Of a stretch of 64,000 bases of DNA, positions 50,182 to 62,777 are shown piece by piece. Source of the DNA: Lama glama. Lineage: Eukaryota. How positions within the stretch are numbered: the stretch's first letter is position 1; each line of letters opens with the position of its first letter. The translations under genes were made by a program, and so were the position numbers. The DNA is taken from the NCBI GenBank assembly GCA_028534125.1, contig CM052817.1, positions 74,278,001 to 74,342,000 on the forward strand. Reading direction: 5' to 3'. The notes under the pieces were generated by a model that saw nothing but the letters and a program-made list of their open reading frames with translations, searched no databases and was not told where the DNA came from.

Positions 50182-51056
50182 TGCCTCAGTCAGGGTTCTC
50201 TAGAGAAAAGGAACGCATAGGATGTGCGTATGTAAAGATATTTATTTTAAGGATTGGACTCAGAGTTGTGAAGGCTTAGTGAGCCCGAAATTCTATGGGG
50301 GGAGGTTTGGCAGGCTGGAGACTTGGGAAAGAGTTGCAGAATGTGTTTAAAGTCGGTCAGGCTGGAGACCCAGGAAGAACTAGTATTGCAGTTGAAGTCC
50401 AGTTCCTTCTTGTCTGAGAGGTAAGAATTTTGTTCTTTTCAAGGACTTTAACTGATTGGTGAGGTCCACCTACATTATGGAAGACAATCTGCTTTACTCA
50501 AAGTCCATCAATTTAAATGTTAATTTTGTCCAATAACACCCTCAAAGAGATGTCTAGAATAATGTTTGACCAATGTCTCAGTCAGTTCAGGCTGTTATAA
50601 CAAAATACCATAGACTGGTGGCTTAAACAACAGAAATCTATTTCTCATAGTTCTGGAGGCTGGGAAGTCCAAAATCAAGGTCCTGGCAGATTCAGTGTCT
50701 GCTGAAGGTCCTTTTTCAGGTTTGCAGATAGCTGCCTTCTTGCTGTGTTCCGACATTGTGGGGAGAGGGAGGGGGAGAGGGAGGAAGAGGGAGAAAGAGA
50801 AGGAAAGAGAGAGAAAGAGAGAGCTTTCATCTCTTCCTCTTCTTGTAAGGACACCAATCCCATCATGGAAGCTCCATCTTCATTACTTAATTAATAAACT
50901 TAATTACTTCTCAAAGACCCCACCTCTTAATACCATCACACTAGGGATAGGTTTTCAACATATGACTTCGGGGGGGTTACAAACATTTAGTCTGTAACAA
51001 CCAAGTATCTGGACACCGTGGCCCAGCCAAGTTGAGACACAAAATTACCCATCACA
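50182..51056 (-). mobile_element. ERVL solo LTR, MLT2-like, split by MLT1A
   Basis: 'tgcctcagtcagggttctctagagaa' ... 'gcccagccaagttgagacacaaaattacccatcaca'; perfect TSD gtggt at 50177-50181 and 51057-51061. Confidence 0.92.
50574..50999 (-). mobile_element. MaLR solo LTR, MLT1A-like, nested in MLT2
   Basis: TG...CA ends; perfect TSD accaa at 50569-50573 and 51000-51004. Confidence 0.95.
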
Positions 51057-52129
51057 GTGGTAAATCACCCTAGCCTTTGCATCACAGGATTTGCTTACTT
51101 GGTCCACTGATTTAGTACCATAGAAAAAGGTACTTATAACTGGATGCCATAAGTTAACCATTTATTGATAGAGTAAGTATCTTTCATTCTTTTGTCTCAT
51201 ATGATTTTAAAAGGTTATTTCCTCACCTCTTCAATATTTAACAAGTGGGGCCAGATACTGAACCTGAGGTCCAGGCTTCTGGGGAGGAATCCAAGAGCAT
51301 CCTCCTTAAAATGCATGCATACCTATAGTCAATGCTCATTCCTTTAAAGTAATGCATAATGAGCCCACCAAGGAGTAAAAGCAAATGAAGCTAATGGAAA
51401 TTTATTCAGATTAGATTTTAACTTTTTATAAAATCTTGTGTAAAATCTTCCTTCGTTATACAACATTCGAAGAGCACCAAGCCAAGAGGTTATACGATGC
51501 TAGCATTGCAGCCATTTAAAAATTTCTTTTGTGAGATTTCTCATTTTTTTCAACCAGGCTCTTTCATGAAATAGCTGTTCTCATTCTTCGACAGAGCCCC
51601 TGTTACATACACTGTGGAAATGCCGCAGGAGCAGACATGCATCTGTTTATCTATTAATTATCCCAAGTCCTCATTGAGTGGCTTATTCTTCTTCCAGGGA
51701 TCTCTGGAGTGTATCTCTGTTGCAGCCAGTATGCTGGTTCTTTGAGTGCAGTTTCTTGGTATTTGTTTTACAATGACAGTCTCAGGCAAGAAATTATTTT
51801 CTTGTCTAAGATTATTAATAAAAGCGCTTACGATCGAGTTTGTAGTTCAGCTGAAGTCCAATAGTATGGTTATTTTCTTCCTTATCACCTGGTTGGACGT
51901 TCCTTTTCCTGGGCTGTTGTCTTGATGCTAATTTTAAACATCTTTTTCTTTTCCAAGTTTTTTAAATTGTCAAATTAATATCTGCTCACTGTAACTAGTG
52001 AAACAATGGCAAAAGTATCAAGGAAGAGCTAACAATTTCCTTCCACTTCCCTGAGGAGACCAGTGCAAATAGCTTGATGTGCATTTTTTAATCTTTTTCT
52101 AAGGTTAAAGAAACATACACGTAGACATA

Positions 52130-52165
52130 GACACACACACACTCTCTCTCTCTCTCTCTCTCTCT
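52130..52165. repeat. (CA)n(CT)n compound microsatellite
   Basis: Read directly from the sequence. Confidence 0.95.
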
Positions 52166-52293
52166 GTAAGTGTTGCTTGTTTTTGTAAGTGGCATCACAG
52201 GCATTAATCTGCAAATTGTCTTTCTTTATTTAATGATATGCTATGGACATCCTTCAAGGTCAACAGACATTTTTTCCCTTTTTAAAATAGCTA

Positions 52294-52805
52294 CTGTTTT
52301 AACCTGGGTTACTCCCCAAAGTCTGAGACAAGGGCTTGCCTGCAGGCAGTTTATTCTGGAACGTGATCCCAAGGACCAGGAGTGGAAGACTGAAAGGAAT
52401 GAAACAGAGGAGGAAGAAAAGTCAACCAGTGGTTTGTTTTCAACCTAGTCAGAATCGTGGGAAGCTGGGACTTGTGAGGAGCAGTGTAGAGTGCATGTCA
52501 GAATTGTCTGCCCCAGAGACAAAAGAGAAGCCATCTGTATGCTGGTTCCCACTCCCTAGTGGTCAGGATATGCTCTGTACCCTTTTCAATGTCAGGTTTT
52601 CACCTGTGTTGAAATGGCTGCGTTCCTACAAACATCTCAAGTGTTAAGGATAAAAACTCTGGGCACAAAGCAAGAAATACGCGATGCAGCTGAAGGAAGG
52701 TGCTGTCAATTATGCCTGCAAGCAGGTGGTTGCTACAGCAACAGCTGGAGTAAAATGTGGACTGAGAAGCTGTGAGATGATACCCAGGAGATACCTAAAA
52801 CCAAT
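52294..52805 (-). mobile_element. ERVL LTR, LTR16-like
   Basis: 'tctgagacaagggcttgcctgcaggcagtttattctggaacgtgatcccaagga'. Confidence 0.65.
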
Positions 52806-53969
52806 GCATAATGGTTCACAGTGGATATGTACCATATTTATTTAAGTATGCACAGTTGGATAGATATTTGTGTTGTTTCCAGTTTTATTATTTGCCACCA
52901 CAGTGTTGCACTGAACATCTTTATACATATATTCTTATTAGATGGTGCTTTTAGGTCTATATAATATATTCCCCGAAGTGGAATTGCTAGCTCAAAGCAC
53001 TTTTTATCTGTTAACTCATTCATTCCTTCCACAGCATAATTAGTATTATGGTCCTCATTCTCATTTGTCAATAAATTAGGAGCACATAGGAGTCTAGGAA
53101 ATGAAGGCAGTTAGAATTTTTTATTGAGTACTGAAAGATTAGATTCCAAAAACTTCTTGGACTATAAAGAAGAAAAGATTTTAATATTATTAAATCAATG
53201 TGTTTTTATTTCTTTAACCTGTGCATCATGTTTCCTTGCAGCCATTTAAGCATCATATTTCCAAGGAAGGGAGGAAAGTGAGTTCTACTTCCCCAGAGAA
53301 GAGGCTTTGACCTAGCAGAACTGTTTTCACACAACAAAGGGAAGTGGAAGGCCTGACACTTGCTGGCTTTCTTCCCTGAAAGTCACCACTGGGGTGGGTT
53401 CAGGGGAATGACCCTTAGCTGAGGGCTGCAAGGTTGACTGCTTGAGTTGTAGCTTTTTGCAGACCCTGACCTTGATAAGAGAATCCATCTTCATGAACCC
53501 AGCTTACACACTAGAACACAAGATGAAAACCAACTATCACGCAGACACAGGAATGGGCAAGTTCTAGGGCAGGGCTAGATTACAGAAGTCTTCAGACAAC
53601 AAAATACCTGTTTGCCGGAGTAGCCCTCAGTCGAAATATCTGCAATTCTTGAAGGAAACTCAGTATCATGTTCATTTTTGTGACCCTGGTGCTAAGGAGA
53701 TGCTTTTCTAAGCACAGAAGAAGAAGCGCTTATATTGAGGTAGAAATAAGAACAAACCAGCCACAATGTGAAGGTCCCTTATGAGAATCTAAAGATCTTC
53801 CAGTCAGTTCAATTTAACCTTGACTCTGCCTGTTCTTTGAGTCAGTCATATTAATCCTAAGGATAAGAGCCTCACAGATGGATAACACAAGGTTCCTTGA
53901 TTCAATGAACTGAACGTCTAATGAGTATAATCAATGCATAAACAACTAACTTGAACATGATTGGTATGT

Positions 53970-54583
53970 TGTATTAGTTTCTCATTGCTGTTGAAACAAA
54001 TTACCACATTTAATGGCAACGCAGTTTATTTTCTCACAATTTCTTTGGGTCAGAAGTCCAGGTGAGCTCAGCTGGGTTCTTTAAGACTTCATGAGGCTAC
54101 CATAAAGATTTTGGCTGAGCTGCATTCCTTACTAGAAGCTCTAGGGAAAAATCTGCTTCCAAACTTATTCAAGTTGTTGGCTGAATTCACTTCCTCGTGT
54201 TTGTAGGATGGTCTCTGTTTTTTCGCTAGTTGTCATCCAAGGGCCACTCTTTGCTCTTGAGCTGCCTGCATTCTTTCTCTTGTTTTCCACGTGGCCCCTT
54301 TCATTAATGGTGGACCAAGTCCCTTTCAAGTTTTCAATCTCTGATTTCCCCTTTTCTCACACATCTCTGACTCTAGCCAGAGAAAGATTTCTGCTTTTTA
54401 AGGGCTCTAGTATCTCTGCGTTTTAAGGGCTCCTGTGATTAGATTGGGCCCACCTGCATAATCCCAGAAAACCTCTTTAAGGTCCGCAATTTTATCTGCA
54501 AAATCTCTTTTGCAATGTAAATATATTCACAGGTTTCAGGGATTAAGGTATGGTAATCTTTGAGGTTCATTCTGCCCACTCTA
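53970..54583 (-). mobile_element. MaLR solo LTR, MLT1D/E-like
   Basis: 'tgtattagtttctcattgctg...aaatctgcttccaaacttattc...gattagattgggcccacc...cacaggtttcagggattaag'. Confidence 0.88.
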
Positions 54584-54834
54584 ATATAATAATAGTATGA
54601 ACAAAGAGTTAATGGGAACACAGAGGAAGGACATGGTAATTCTGTCAGGCAAAAGAGATGGTGCAGAGAAAAATTCCATCACGGAAGTAACATTTGAATT
54701 GTTTCTAAGGAAGAATGTGATTTCACCAGAAAGTGGGTACATAAAGTTTATTTCAGGCAAATGCAAAATCAGGAAGACATAAAAACACTTGATCATGTTT
54801 AGGACTGGCAAATACTCTAGTAGATCTAAAATAT

Positions 54835-55030
54835 GCCTGAGTTTAAATCCTACTGTACTGCATGTCCGCCTGTGTAGACTTAAACAAATCCCACTTAGCC
54901 TTGGTTTCTTCTGTGAAATTAGAGTAGTTAGTCACAGTATTTATTTCACAGAGTGTGAGGATTAAATAAGCTAAAATACCAAAGCATATAACATAGTGTC
55001 TTGCACATTGCACATGCAAATCAAAGACTA
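54835..55030 (+). mobile_element. MIR fragment
   Basis: 'gcctgagtttaaatcc...gccttggtttc...gtgaggattaaataag'. Confidence 0.7.
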
Positions 55031-55149
55031 CCAGTATTCACCTTCCTGTTATTATTATTAATAGAGCTAGAGTGAATTGGGAAACAGTGGAGATGTGGCA
55101 GGAGTGAGTGAGTCTGAACATGTGGGCTGGGGTCAGAGTGCGATGCCAG

Positions 55150-55952
55150 AACGGGACCATATCAATCACTGTTCTTTTTGAGCCATTTTTCTCTTCCTGT
55201 TTCTCTGGCATTGCTCTTCTGTGGGTTTTATTTTACTTTTGAAGATATCTTACTTTTCTTCAGTGGGTTATCCTCTGATTCCTCCAGACCTCTTCTGACA
55301 CTATGTCCTTTCTCTAGAAGGTTTAGCCTATTCCCATGGTTTTAATGACTTTATCTCTGGCCCCAACTTCTCCCCTGAACTGAGACCCGCACTTGGATAT
55401 TTCAACCTAAACACCACCAACTCACCCAAACTCTTCTTGTGTCTTGACCACTCCCTGCCCTCGCCCTGACTCTGCACCCCCATTACCACTATCCCCACAA
55501 CATATCCAAGGACTACCCATGTTCCAGGGTTTTCTGTCTTGGTTCTTGATATCAACATTCCCAACAATAAAATATAATTGCAACAAACAGGTCCTGGAAT
55601 ACTGTTTTATTCTTATTGAAATGATTTATTCTTATTGAAATGTTTTATTCTTAGGCACTTTGCATATACCATTCCCTTTACTTGATATACCCATCCCAAG
55701 CACAGTCATCCTTCCACTCTGAAGCTCTTAAACTAAGTGATCACTCCCTCCTCCATGCTGTTTCTGTACCTTTTGCACACTCTTGTGGGTGCATATATAT
55801 TGCATTGCATTGTAAATAGCTATCAATATGTTTGACCCTCTAGAAGTTCACTGTGGGAAACTTAAGAATCCGTGCCTTTTCGTCTTTGTGTTCATTGTAC
55901 TTAATAGACTCCGTGGCTTTTAGTAGTAGATACCAAAAAATGATTGTTGAAA
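55150..55952 (+). mobile_element. Sense L2 fragments ending in an L2 tail
   Basis: 'ttcccatggttttaatgactttatctctggccccaacttctcccctgaact' ... 'tagtagataccaaaaaatgattgttgaa'. Confidence 0.7.
55603..55653. repeat. 19-bp tandem repeat, ~2.6 copies
   Basis: tgttttattcttattgaaa / tgatttattcttattgaaa / tgttttattctta. Confidence 0.9.
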
Positions 55953-57937
55953 TGGCTTTGAGTTTATCTTACAGGCAACAAATCAATTTTTAAGTCAATG
56001 AATGACATTATCAGATAAGCATTTCAGCATGATAATTCTGGCAGTTGTGTAGGATGGATTGGTGGGAAATGAGACAGGTGGCAGTGAATCTATTCAGGAG
56101 GTTTCTTTATAATCCAAATGAGAGATTAAGTTCTAGTAGTGATGGTGGAAATCAGAAAGAATGAACATATTTGAAAGATTATTACAGGCAGGATTTCCAT
56201 GACTTAGCTGAGAAACTGGAAGATGAGGATATGAGAGGATTACACGACAATGCTATGGTCTGGGACTGACCAAGTGAAACAAATATTGAGTTAGAGGGAA
56301 GACTTTGTTCATGGAGCAAAAAGACTAGGCTTGGTTTTCAACATGTCAAGATAGAGGTGCTGAGGGACATTCTGGGAGAAATGTCCAATAGAAAATTAGA
56401 GACAGAGGTTAGGTATATATTTTGTGTATTTTAAAACATTCTTCCAAAAATCTATGTTGATTTAGAGTGTTTCAACAAATTTATGAAGCATTTCTTCTGT
56501 TTTATTTTCTAAAATAGAAGCCTTTATCTCCTCCTAGACTATCTAGGCATGTATGGTGAGAATCAGTAGAACTAAGCTGACAAGGTGTTGGCACCTCCTT
56601 GCCTCTCCTTCATTCTGACCTCCTCAGTGAGGAGGAACACAAACACACACCACTGGTCACCATGAAAGCAATGGATACACAGAGGTGGAGAACCGGACTT
56701 GCTTAAGGTCCTGTGGGAAATAACAGTGGAACTTAACTACATTTCCTGACTCCTCAAATGTTTATCTCAAGACAGCATTAGACAAATATAGTTTGAATTT
56801 CTCAAAAGATGTTGAAGAATTTATCTCGTCTCTCCCATCTAAGATCCAGCCATAATGATCCTTGAAGTGCTGTCTAAACAACATTGTTTCCAGAGAATAT
56901 TAGGCTGTTGTGAAAACCTGGGACATTAGTCCTTCAGTTTGTTCGGATTCTTGTGATTACAGACAAACATTCAGGGCCACCTGTCCTCAGTAACCTCTAA
57001 TGCAATGGAAGAGGCTAAGTGGTACATGTTTCCCTGAACAGGAAGGAAAAGGGAATCATGAGGGATGTAGCAAGAAGCAGAATCATTTCCCTGAGGAGTA
57101 TGATTGCATCATGTGGGTTTTGTGCCTGCTTAATGTCTCCAAATATGGATCTAATCATACTGTGATAGCATGTTCATACTTACCAGGGCACTAAGAACGA
57201 GTGACAGCTTTCTCACCAGCAAGGCATCTTATTTACCTAGCGCTTACTGGCTGCATAGAAACCACAGACAGTAAATCTCTCTTGAATGTTTGTGAGATTT
57301 CTCCTTAAAATGCAGGAAATGTAGCCCTCCTACAGATTGCAAGCAATTCTAAACTCTTTTTCCTATGAGATTTCTATTTAAACTCTTTGTGCCAAAATGC
57401 AATTTGAGTACTCTTGAGTTTTGGGGGGCTTTGATGAGTTTAATGATTGTTTGGCTGCCATTTTTCACATCAATACCATGAGCTTTAGAGGCAAGTTCTT
57501 TATTATGGCCTACCACTCCAGCTCCCTCCCTGGCTGACTGACAGGTGGACATGAGGCATTAAAAAAAATTGACTTTGAATGTCATAAGTACAATATAGCT
57601 AATTTACTGTGCTCTATGGTGGATATCAGAAATAGAAATAAGTTCATCAAAGTGTTGGCAGCTGCCTGTCCCCTCTCATTTGGGTCTCTCAGAGAGGAGA
57701 GGCACACAAGTCTATCAAGGATGGCTGTGGACACAATAGACACAGCAGCACAAAGATGGTTCCATATACACACAGATGGTGGGTGGGGTGCACTGCGAAA
57801 TAATGCATCACCTAGATTTTGGCAGTTGTAGATGAAAGCTTTTATGAGAGAAGTGAGGGGATTATTAATGTAGGAGTGCTGGAGGCTGGCATTCTTCATT
57901 TGTTATCTGACTAATGGCTTTGAGCTGGGTATACTTT

Positions 57938-58692
57938 TTCCCCAGCTTTATTGAGATATAATTGACAAATAAAAATTGTGTATATGCAATGTGTTGTTTT
58001 GATGCATACACTGTGAAATGGTCACCACAATGAAGCTACATTTCCATCACCTTACATAGTTATCATTTTTGCAGTAAAAACGTTTAAGATCTACTCTCTT
58101 AGCAAATTTCAGTGTACAATACAGTGTTATTAACTATAATCACTATGCCATACATTAGATCTCCAGAACTTTTCCATCCTGCGTAATTGAAACCTTGTAC
58201 CCTTTGACCAACATCTCCCCATTTCCCCTACTCCCCAGCCCTGGCATCCAGGATTCTATTCTGCTTCTATGAGTTTGACTTTTTTAGATTCCACAGGTAA
58301 GATCATACCATATTTGTCTTTCTGTGCCTGACTCGTTTCACTTAGCTTACTTACTGCCCTCCAGTTTCACCCATGTTGTCCCAAATGGAAAGATTTCACT
58401 CTTTTTAAAGGTTGAATAATATTCCACATACCACATTTTCTTTATCCATTCATCCATATATGGACACTTAGGTTGATTTTACATCTTTGCTATTGTGGAT
58501 AATGCTGCAAAAAAACATGGGAGTGCAGACATATCTCTTTGAGATACTGATTTTATTTCTTTTGGATATATACCCAGAAGTGGGATTGCTCAATCATGTG
58601 GCAGTTCCATTTTTAAGTTTTTGTGGAACTTCCATTTTTTTTTATAATGGCTGTATCAGTCTACATTCTCACTAACAGTGCACAAGAGTTCA
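57938..58692 (-). mobile_element. 5'-truncated L1MA (L1MA9-like) 3' UTR + ORF2 end
   Basis: 'cagctttattgagatataattgacaaa...ttaagatctactctcttagcaaatttca...tacccagaagtgggattgct'; 17-bp TSD at 57921-57937 and 58693-58709 with 2 mismatches. Confidence 0.92.
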
Positions 58693-59399
58693 TGAGCTGG
58701 ATGTACTTTGTTCCAGCAGAAAATCTTGGTTTTAGTGAGAAAGAGAGTGAAGATCAGACTCCCAGGGCTAGTTTGACTCTAAACTTGAAGGGGGAGTGGC
58801 AAGAGGGAGGCCAGGTGGTCCTAGAGTCTCCAGTATTGTCTGATGATTTCCTAGGTTAGGAGAGACGGTATTGATTTGAGACAAAATCCCTAGCTCACAG
58901 TGAGGAGTGTACCTTGGCCTGAGCCATCACTGGAATCCAAGGACCAGCACCCATTCAGTTGAGGAGGGAGATGTCCTCCCATGTGACAGAGTAAGCCCAG
59001 TGGAACAGCAACATCCACAAAATCCTCACTACAAACTACAAACTGCAAAATGGAAAAACAGAGTCAGTTTCAGAAAAAGATAATTATGTACCAGGCCATA
59101 GCATCCTGATTTAGATATTCTTGTTAACAAAAAATAAAAAAGGCAGTTATGAAGTTCGTCACGTGGTAACTGGGGGAAATCTCCCTTTTCAGCTCTTGTA
59201 TTCTTCAGGACAATTTGGTTTCCACTTGGCTACCCAAAGAGAATTGCTCGGCTGCTATAGTAACTGTGTCCCTGGATATATGGCCGTTGACAAAAACACT
59301 CTTTATATGCTGATTTTTGTGCTTAGAAATGTAGGCTGGGCTGGTGGGATGGATAAAATTACAAGCTGGATATAAAATTGCTGTAAGACAATGTTATAA

Positions 59400-60545
59400 C
59401 ATTCCTTTCCTTATCTCACGCCTCACATCGCATTTATCACCAAATCCTGTCAACTTCATCACGCCCACCCTGATCTAAGCCATCACCATTTCTCACCGGG
59501 ATTTTGCAGTGGCCCCCAAATTGGTTTGTTTCTTCTTTTGTCTTTCTTCCTTCTACTCTCTAAACAGCTGTCAGATTGATCCTTTGAAAATATAATTCAG
59601 ATGACTTTATTTCTTTGACTTACATCCCCCGATGGTACGTTAGTCTGCTTTTGCTTCAAAAAGGTCACTTAACAAACCACCCTGACCATCAGGAGTTTAC
59701 AAGAAGTGTTCATTTTTCTTGTCCACAGGTCAGCTGGGGTGGCTCTGCTTCAAGCTCCAGAATGGATTCTGGTTGCTCCAAGACTTTTATTCTGGGCCTT
59801 GGCTGAAGAGGCAATGACTTCCTGGAGCCTACTCTTCTAATGGTAATCAGGAGAGCCCCAGGAGCCAAGATAACCCATCTGAAAACACTTAAGGCCTCTG
59901 CTTGTGTCACGTTTGCTAACAATCCATTGACCAAAACAAGCCACATGCATCAATGGTGGGAGAAAACATTCTCTACACACGTGGAAGGAAGGGTACCACA
60001 AGAAACTATCGCCAAGGGTGTGAGTGTATAATCCTATTATGAGCAAGTGAAAAATTGGGACCAACAATCAAATCTCCCCAGAATAGCATCCCACGGCACT
60101 CAGCAAAAGCCCAAAACGACAGCCCTTACCACAGCTTACAACAACCTGTATGATCTGGTGTCTGGCTACCTTTCTGAAGTAATTTCCTACCACTTTTCTC
60201 CTTTCTCTCTCTGTTGCAGATGCTCTGGTCCTTTTTTAATTCCTTGAACCATCTAGCATATGCTTGCCCCAAGACGTTTGCATCCATTATTCCTTCTGCC
60301 TGAGATCCTCCCCACATCCTTGACCCCTCCCTCACCTTCCCCTCGTCCTGGGCTCTGGTCAAATGTCCTTTCCTAAGAAAAGCTTTCCCAAGCCACACTG
60401 TTTAATGTAGTAGCACTTGCCAAACTCTTTCTTAACCTGCCTAATTCTCTTTTCATAGCATTTAGCGCAACCTTTCATGTACTCTAAACTATTTATTGGA
60501 TTTTTTTTTCTGTCTCTTCCATAAGTTCTGGGAAGACAGGGACAC
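59400..60545 (+). mobile_element. L2 split by an MLT1 LTR
   Basis: L2 pieces ~59400-59620 ('aagccatcaccatttctcacc') and ~60080-60545 ('caacctgtatgatctgg...tcatagcattta'). Confidence 0.8.
59635..60078 (-). mobile_element. MaLR LTR, MLT1I/J-like
   Basis: 'ggtcagctggggtggctctgct...aaggcctctgcttgtgtcacgtttgctaacaatccattgaccaaaacaagccacatg'. Confidence 0.8.
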
Positions 60546-62777
60546 AGAAATCCCTCCATAGATTTTTACATTTAAACTTCTTGCACAGATGGAAAATACT
60601 GATCTTAGAGTCATTTTTGACTTGTATTTTCCCTTCCAAGTAGTTCTCGTCAGGTTTTTGAAATTGAAGGCGGCTCGGGGATTTTGTATGAGCTTCCATT
60701 AATCACTGCTTGAGTCCATGTGCTTTGGAGTATTCGTGCATTTGTACAAGGTACTGGCCAACTTTGAATATTGGGTGCCATGTTTCCAACTCCTGCTTTT
60801 GGGGGTTTTTACTTTTTTTTTTTTTGAGGTGTGGAGGTTCCCTGTGAATATAGTGTGTGTCTATTTGAGTATACAGTTGGTATTACTCTCCAGGTCTGGG
60901 GGTTTAACTGAGAGTAAGTAATCCAGTCCTTGGGAGAGGTATTGAACCAGCCACTTTCAGAAACCAGCTCCCTTTAACAAGAGGTGCATGGGAGAGCCAT
61001 AGATGGCCGCAGGCCCAGTTCCTACTGGGCCTGTCCAGCAACAGCACGCACCCCATGGGTGGATAAGCCTCCCCATATGTGTGCCAAACCTACAGTAACC
61101 TGTACCTACTCTGCGGGCCAGGCCCAACCCAAAATCAGTTGCAAGGAGACGGCATGTGTGGGAGAAGCATTGGAGTCATTTCCAAAAAAAGAGCTCCTTA
61201 TCAGGGTATAATTTGAGATAAAGTCAGGAGGAAGAACTGTGATTTGGAGTACAGGGAGTGAAGCCAAATGTCTGGAAATGGGATGGCAGCCAATCGATGT
61301 GTCAGGCTTAACAGCAAGGGAAGCAGGGAACAAGTAAGGTTAACCACGGGATAACAAGAGAAAGAGCAAGGTACAGCGGAGCAGTTCTGAGAGTCACTCT
61401 GTGACAGCAGCATGCAGGCCATGGCGTTTCCTTCAGGCACAGCTTGTAACTGAGCTGGACCAGGCGTATCAGGTTGCGTGCTCTGTATTTTTATAGAGAT
61501 TATGGTTCAATTAATTAATTTATTTTTAATCACCATTATTATTTAGTAGAAAAGCATAATTCAAAAGTTAGACAGTGTGTGTAGGTTCTGGTGTTTGAAG
61601 GAGTCTGAGTTGCAAAATACGAAATTCAAAATTCAAAAGTGTGTTTAAAAGTTCTACCTCAAGTCACATGGTCCATGAACACTTAGTCCTAATACACAGG
61701 ACTGATGCTACTTCAATTAAAGGTGAAAGAGAAAGGAAGTGAGAATAGGTAATTGGGTTTGTTTCTGAACCCCAATTTTTTCTTTTGGAACTCTAACTAT
61801 GTATTTAGATCCTAATCGAGGTGACATTTAATGTAATATACATTGATAAATTATTAAAATATGTACACAGTTTAAGTAAAACATTTTTGTATATAACCAA
61901 TAAATATTTCAATGTCTTTCAATTTTAATTTATCTTCACCATCATTGAATCTTTATTTGTAGCTTTAGCTCAGTATGCTGAGATAAAGGACAAACGTTTG
62001 AAAATTATATTTACAACGTTAAAGATAATGGTAAGCAAAGAACCTATTCATGTAGTTGTTTGGGGCATCAGGTAGTTTTAAATAAACACTGGATAAAATT
62101 GCACTTCACTAATTCAGGCTGATTTACCCAGTTTTTTCTCTTTATGGAAATCACATAGCCCAGGGAAAAATCTATCTGAGACACTGATAAGGCACACTTT
62201 CTAGGATTGTTTAGGGTTCATAAAATTACAACTTTTACTCTGCCTGATAGCATTTTATTTCTATTAGGTTCCTTTTCTATATTTTCTCTCTTTCTAAATT
62301 AGTTTTAGGCAGTGGACACTTTCATATCAACTGTTTTAAATAATATAAATACTTCCTTGCTTATTCATGTTAAGTCTTTATCAGGGTGCCTGGCACAAAA
62401 TTCTCTAACATTAGTGTCTATACTCTTCCCAGACCTACACATTTCCTTGTCATTTTCCATGTTCCCTCATTCAAAAAATATTTATTGAGTGCCAGACAGG
62501 CTCATAAAAAACTGTACAATAATGAATCAGTGGGTTGTGCTATTGAAGAGTCAAAGCCAAGATTCTGACCAAGTACTATGGTCCATTTTTATTTCCTAGT
62601 ACATCTAACAGAATTGTATGTTTTCAGTTTTAGTTTTCAGTGGTTCTGTAAGCAAAAGCTCCTATTAATTTCCCAAATCCTGACTAATTTACTTAAAATA
62701 AAAAGTTATTCATTATTCATTTATACTCACATACAACTAATTTTTCATTATATATCATTAATTTATAACAGTGTTAC

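Larger units (their letters stand above)
51955..53000 (-). mobile_element. L1ME-like 3' fragment split by an LTR16-like element
   Basis: L1 motif 'tttttaaaatagctac | gcataatggttcacagtggatatgtaccata...gtggaattgctagctcaaag' rejoins across ~52294-52805. Confidence 0.7.
53860..56410 (-). mobile_element. Antisense L2 broken by an MLT1, a MIR and a sense L2
   Basis: Colinear antisense L2 pieces at ~53860-53965, ~54590-54830, ~55060-55145 and ~55955-56410. Confidence 0.6.

Noticed and set aside
12445..57148. Several perfect CArG boxes (e.g. 15703, 18090, 20270, 45959, 57139)
   Set aside because: They are scattered and one is inside an L1. My rough estimate is about five by chance in 64 kb at this AT content.
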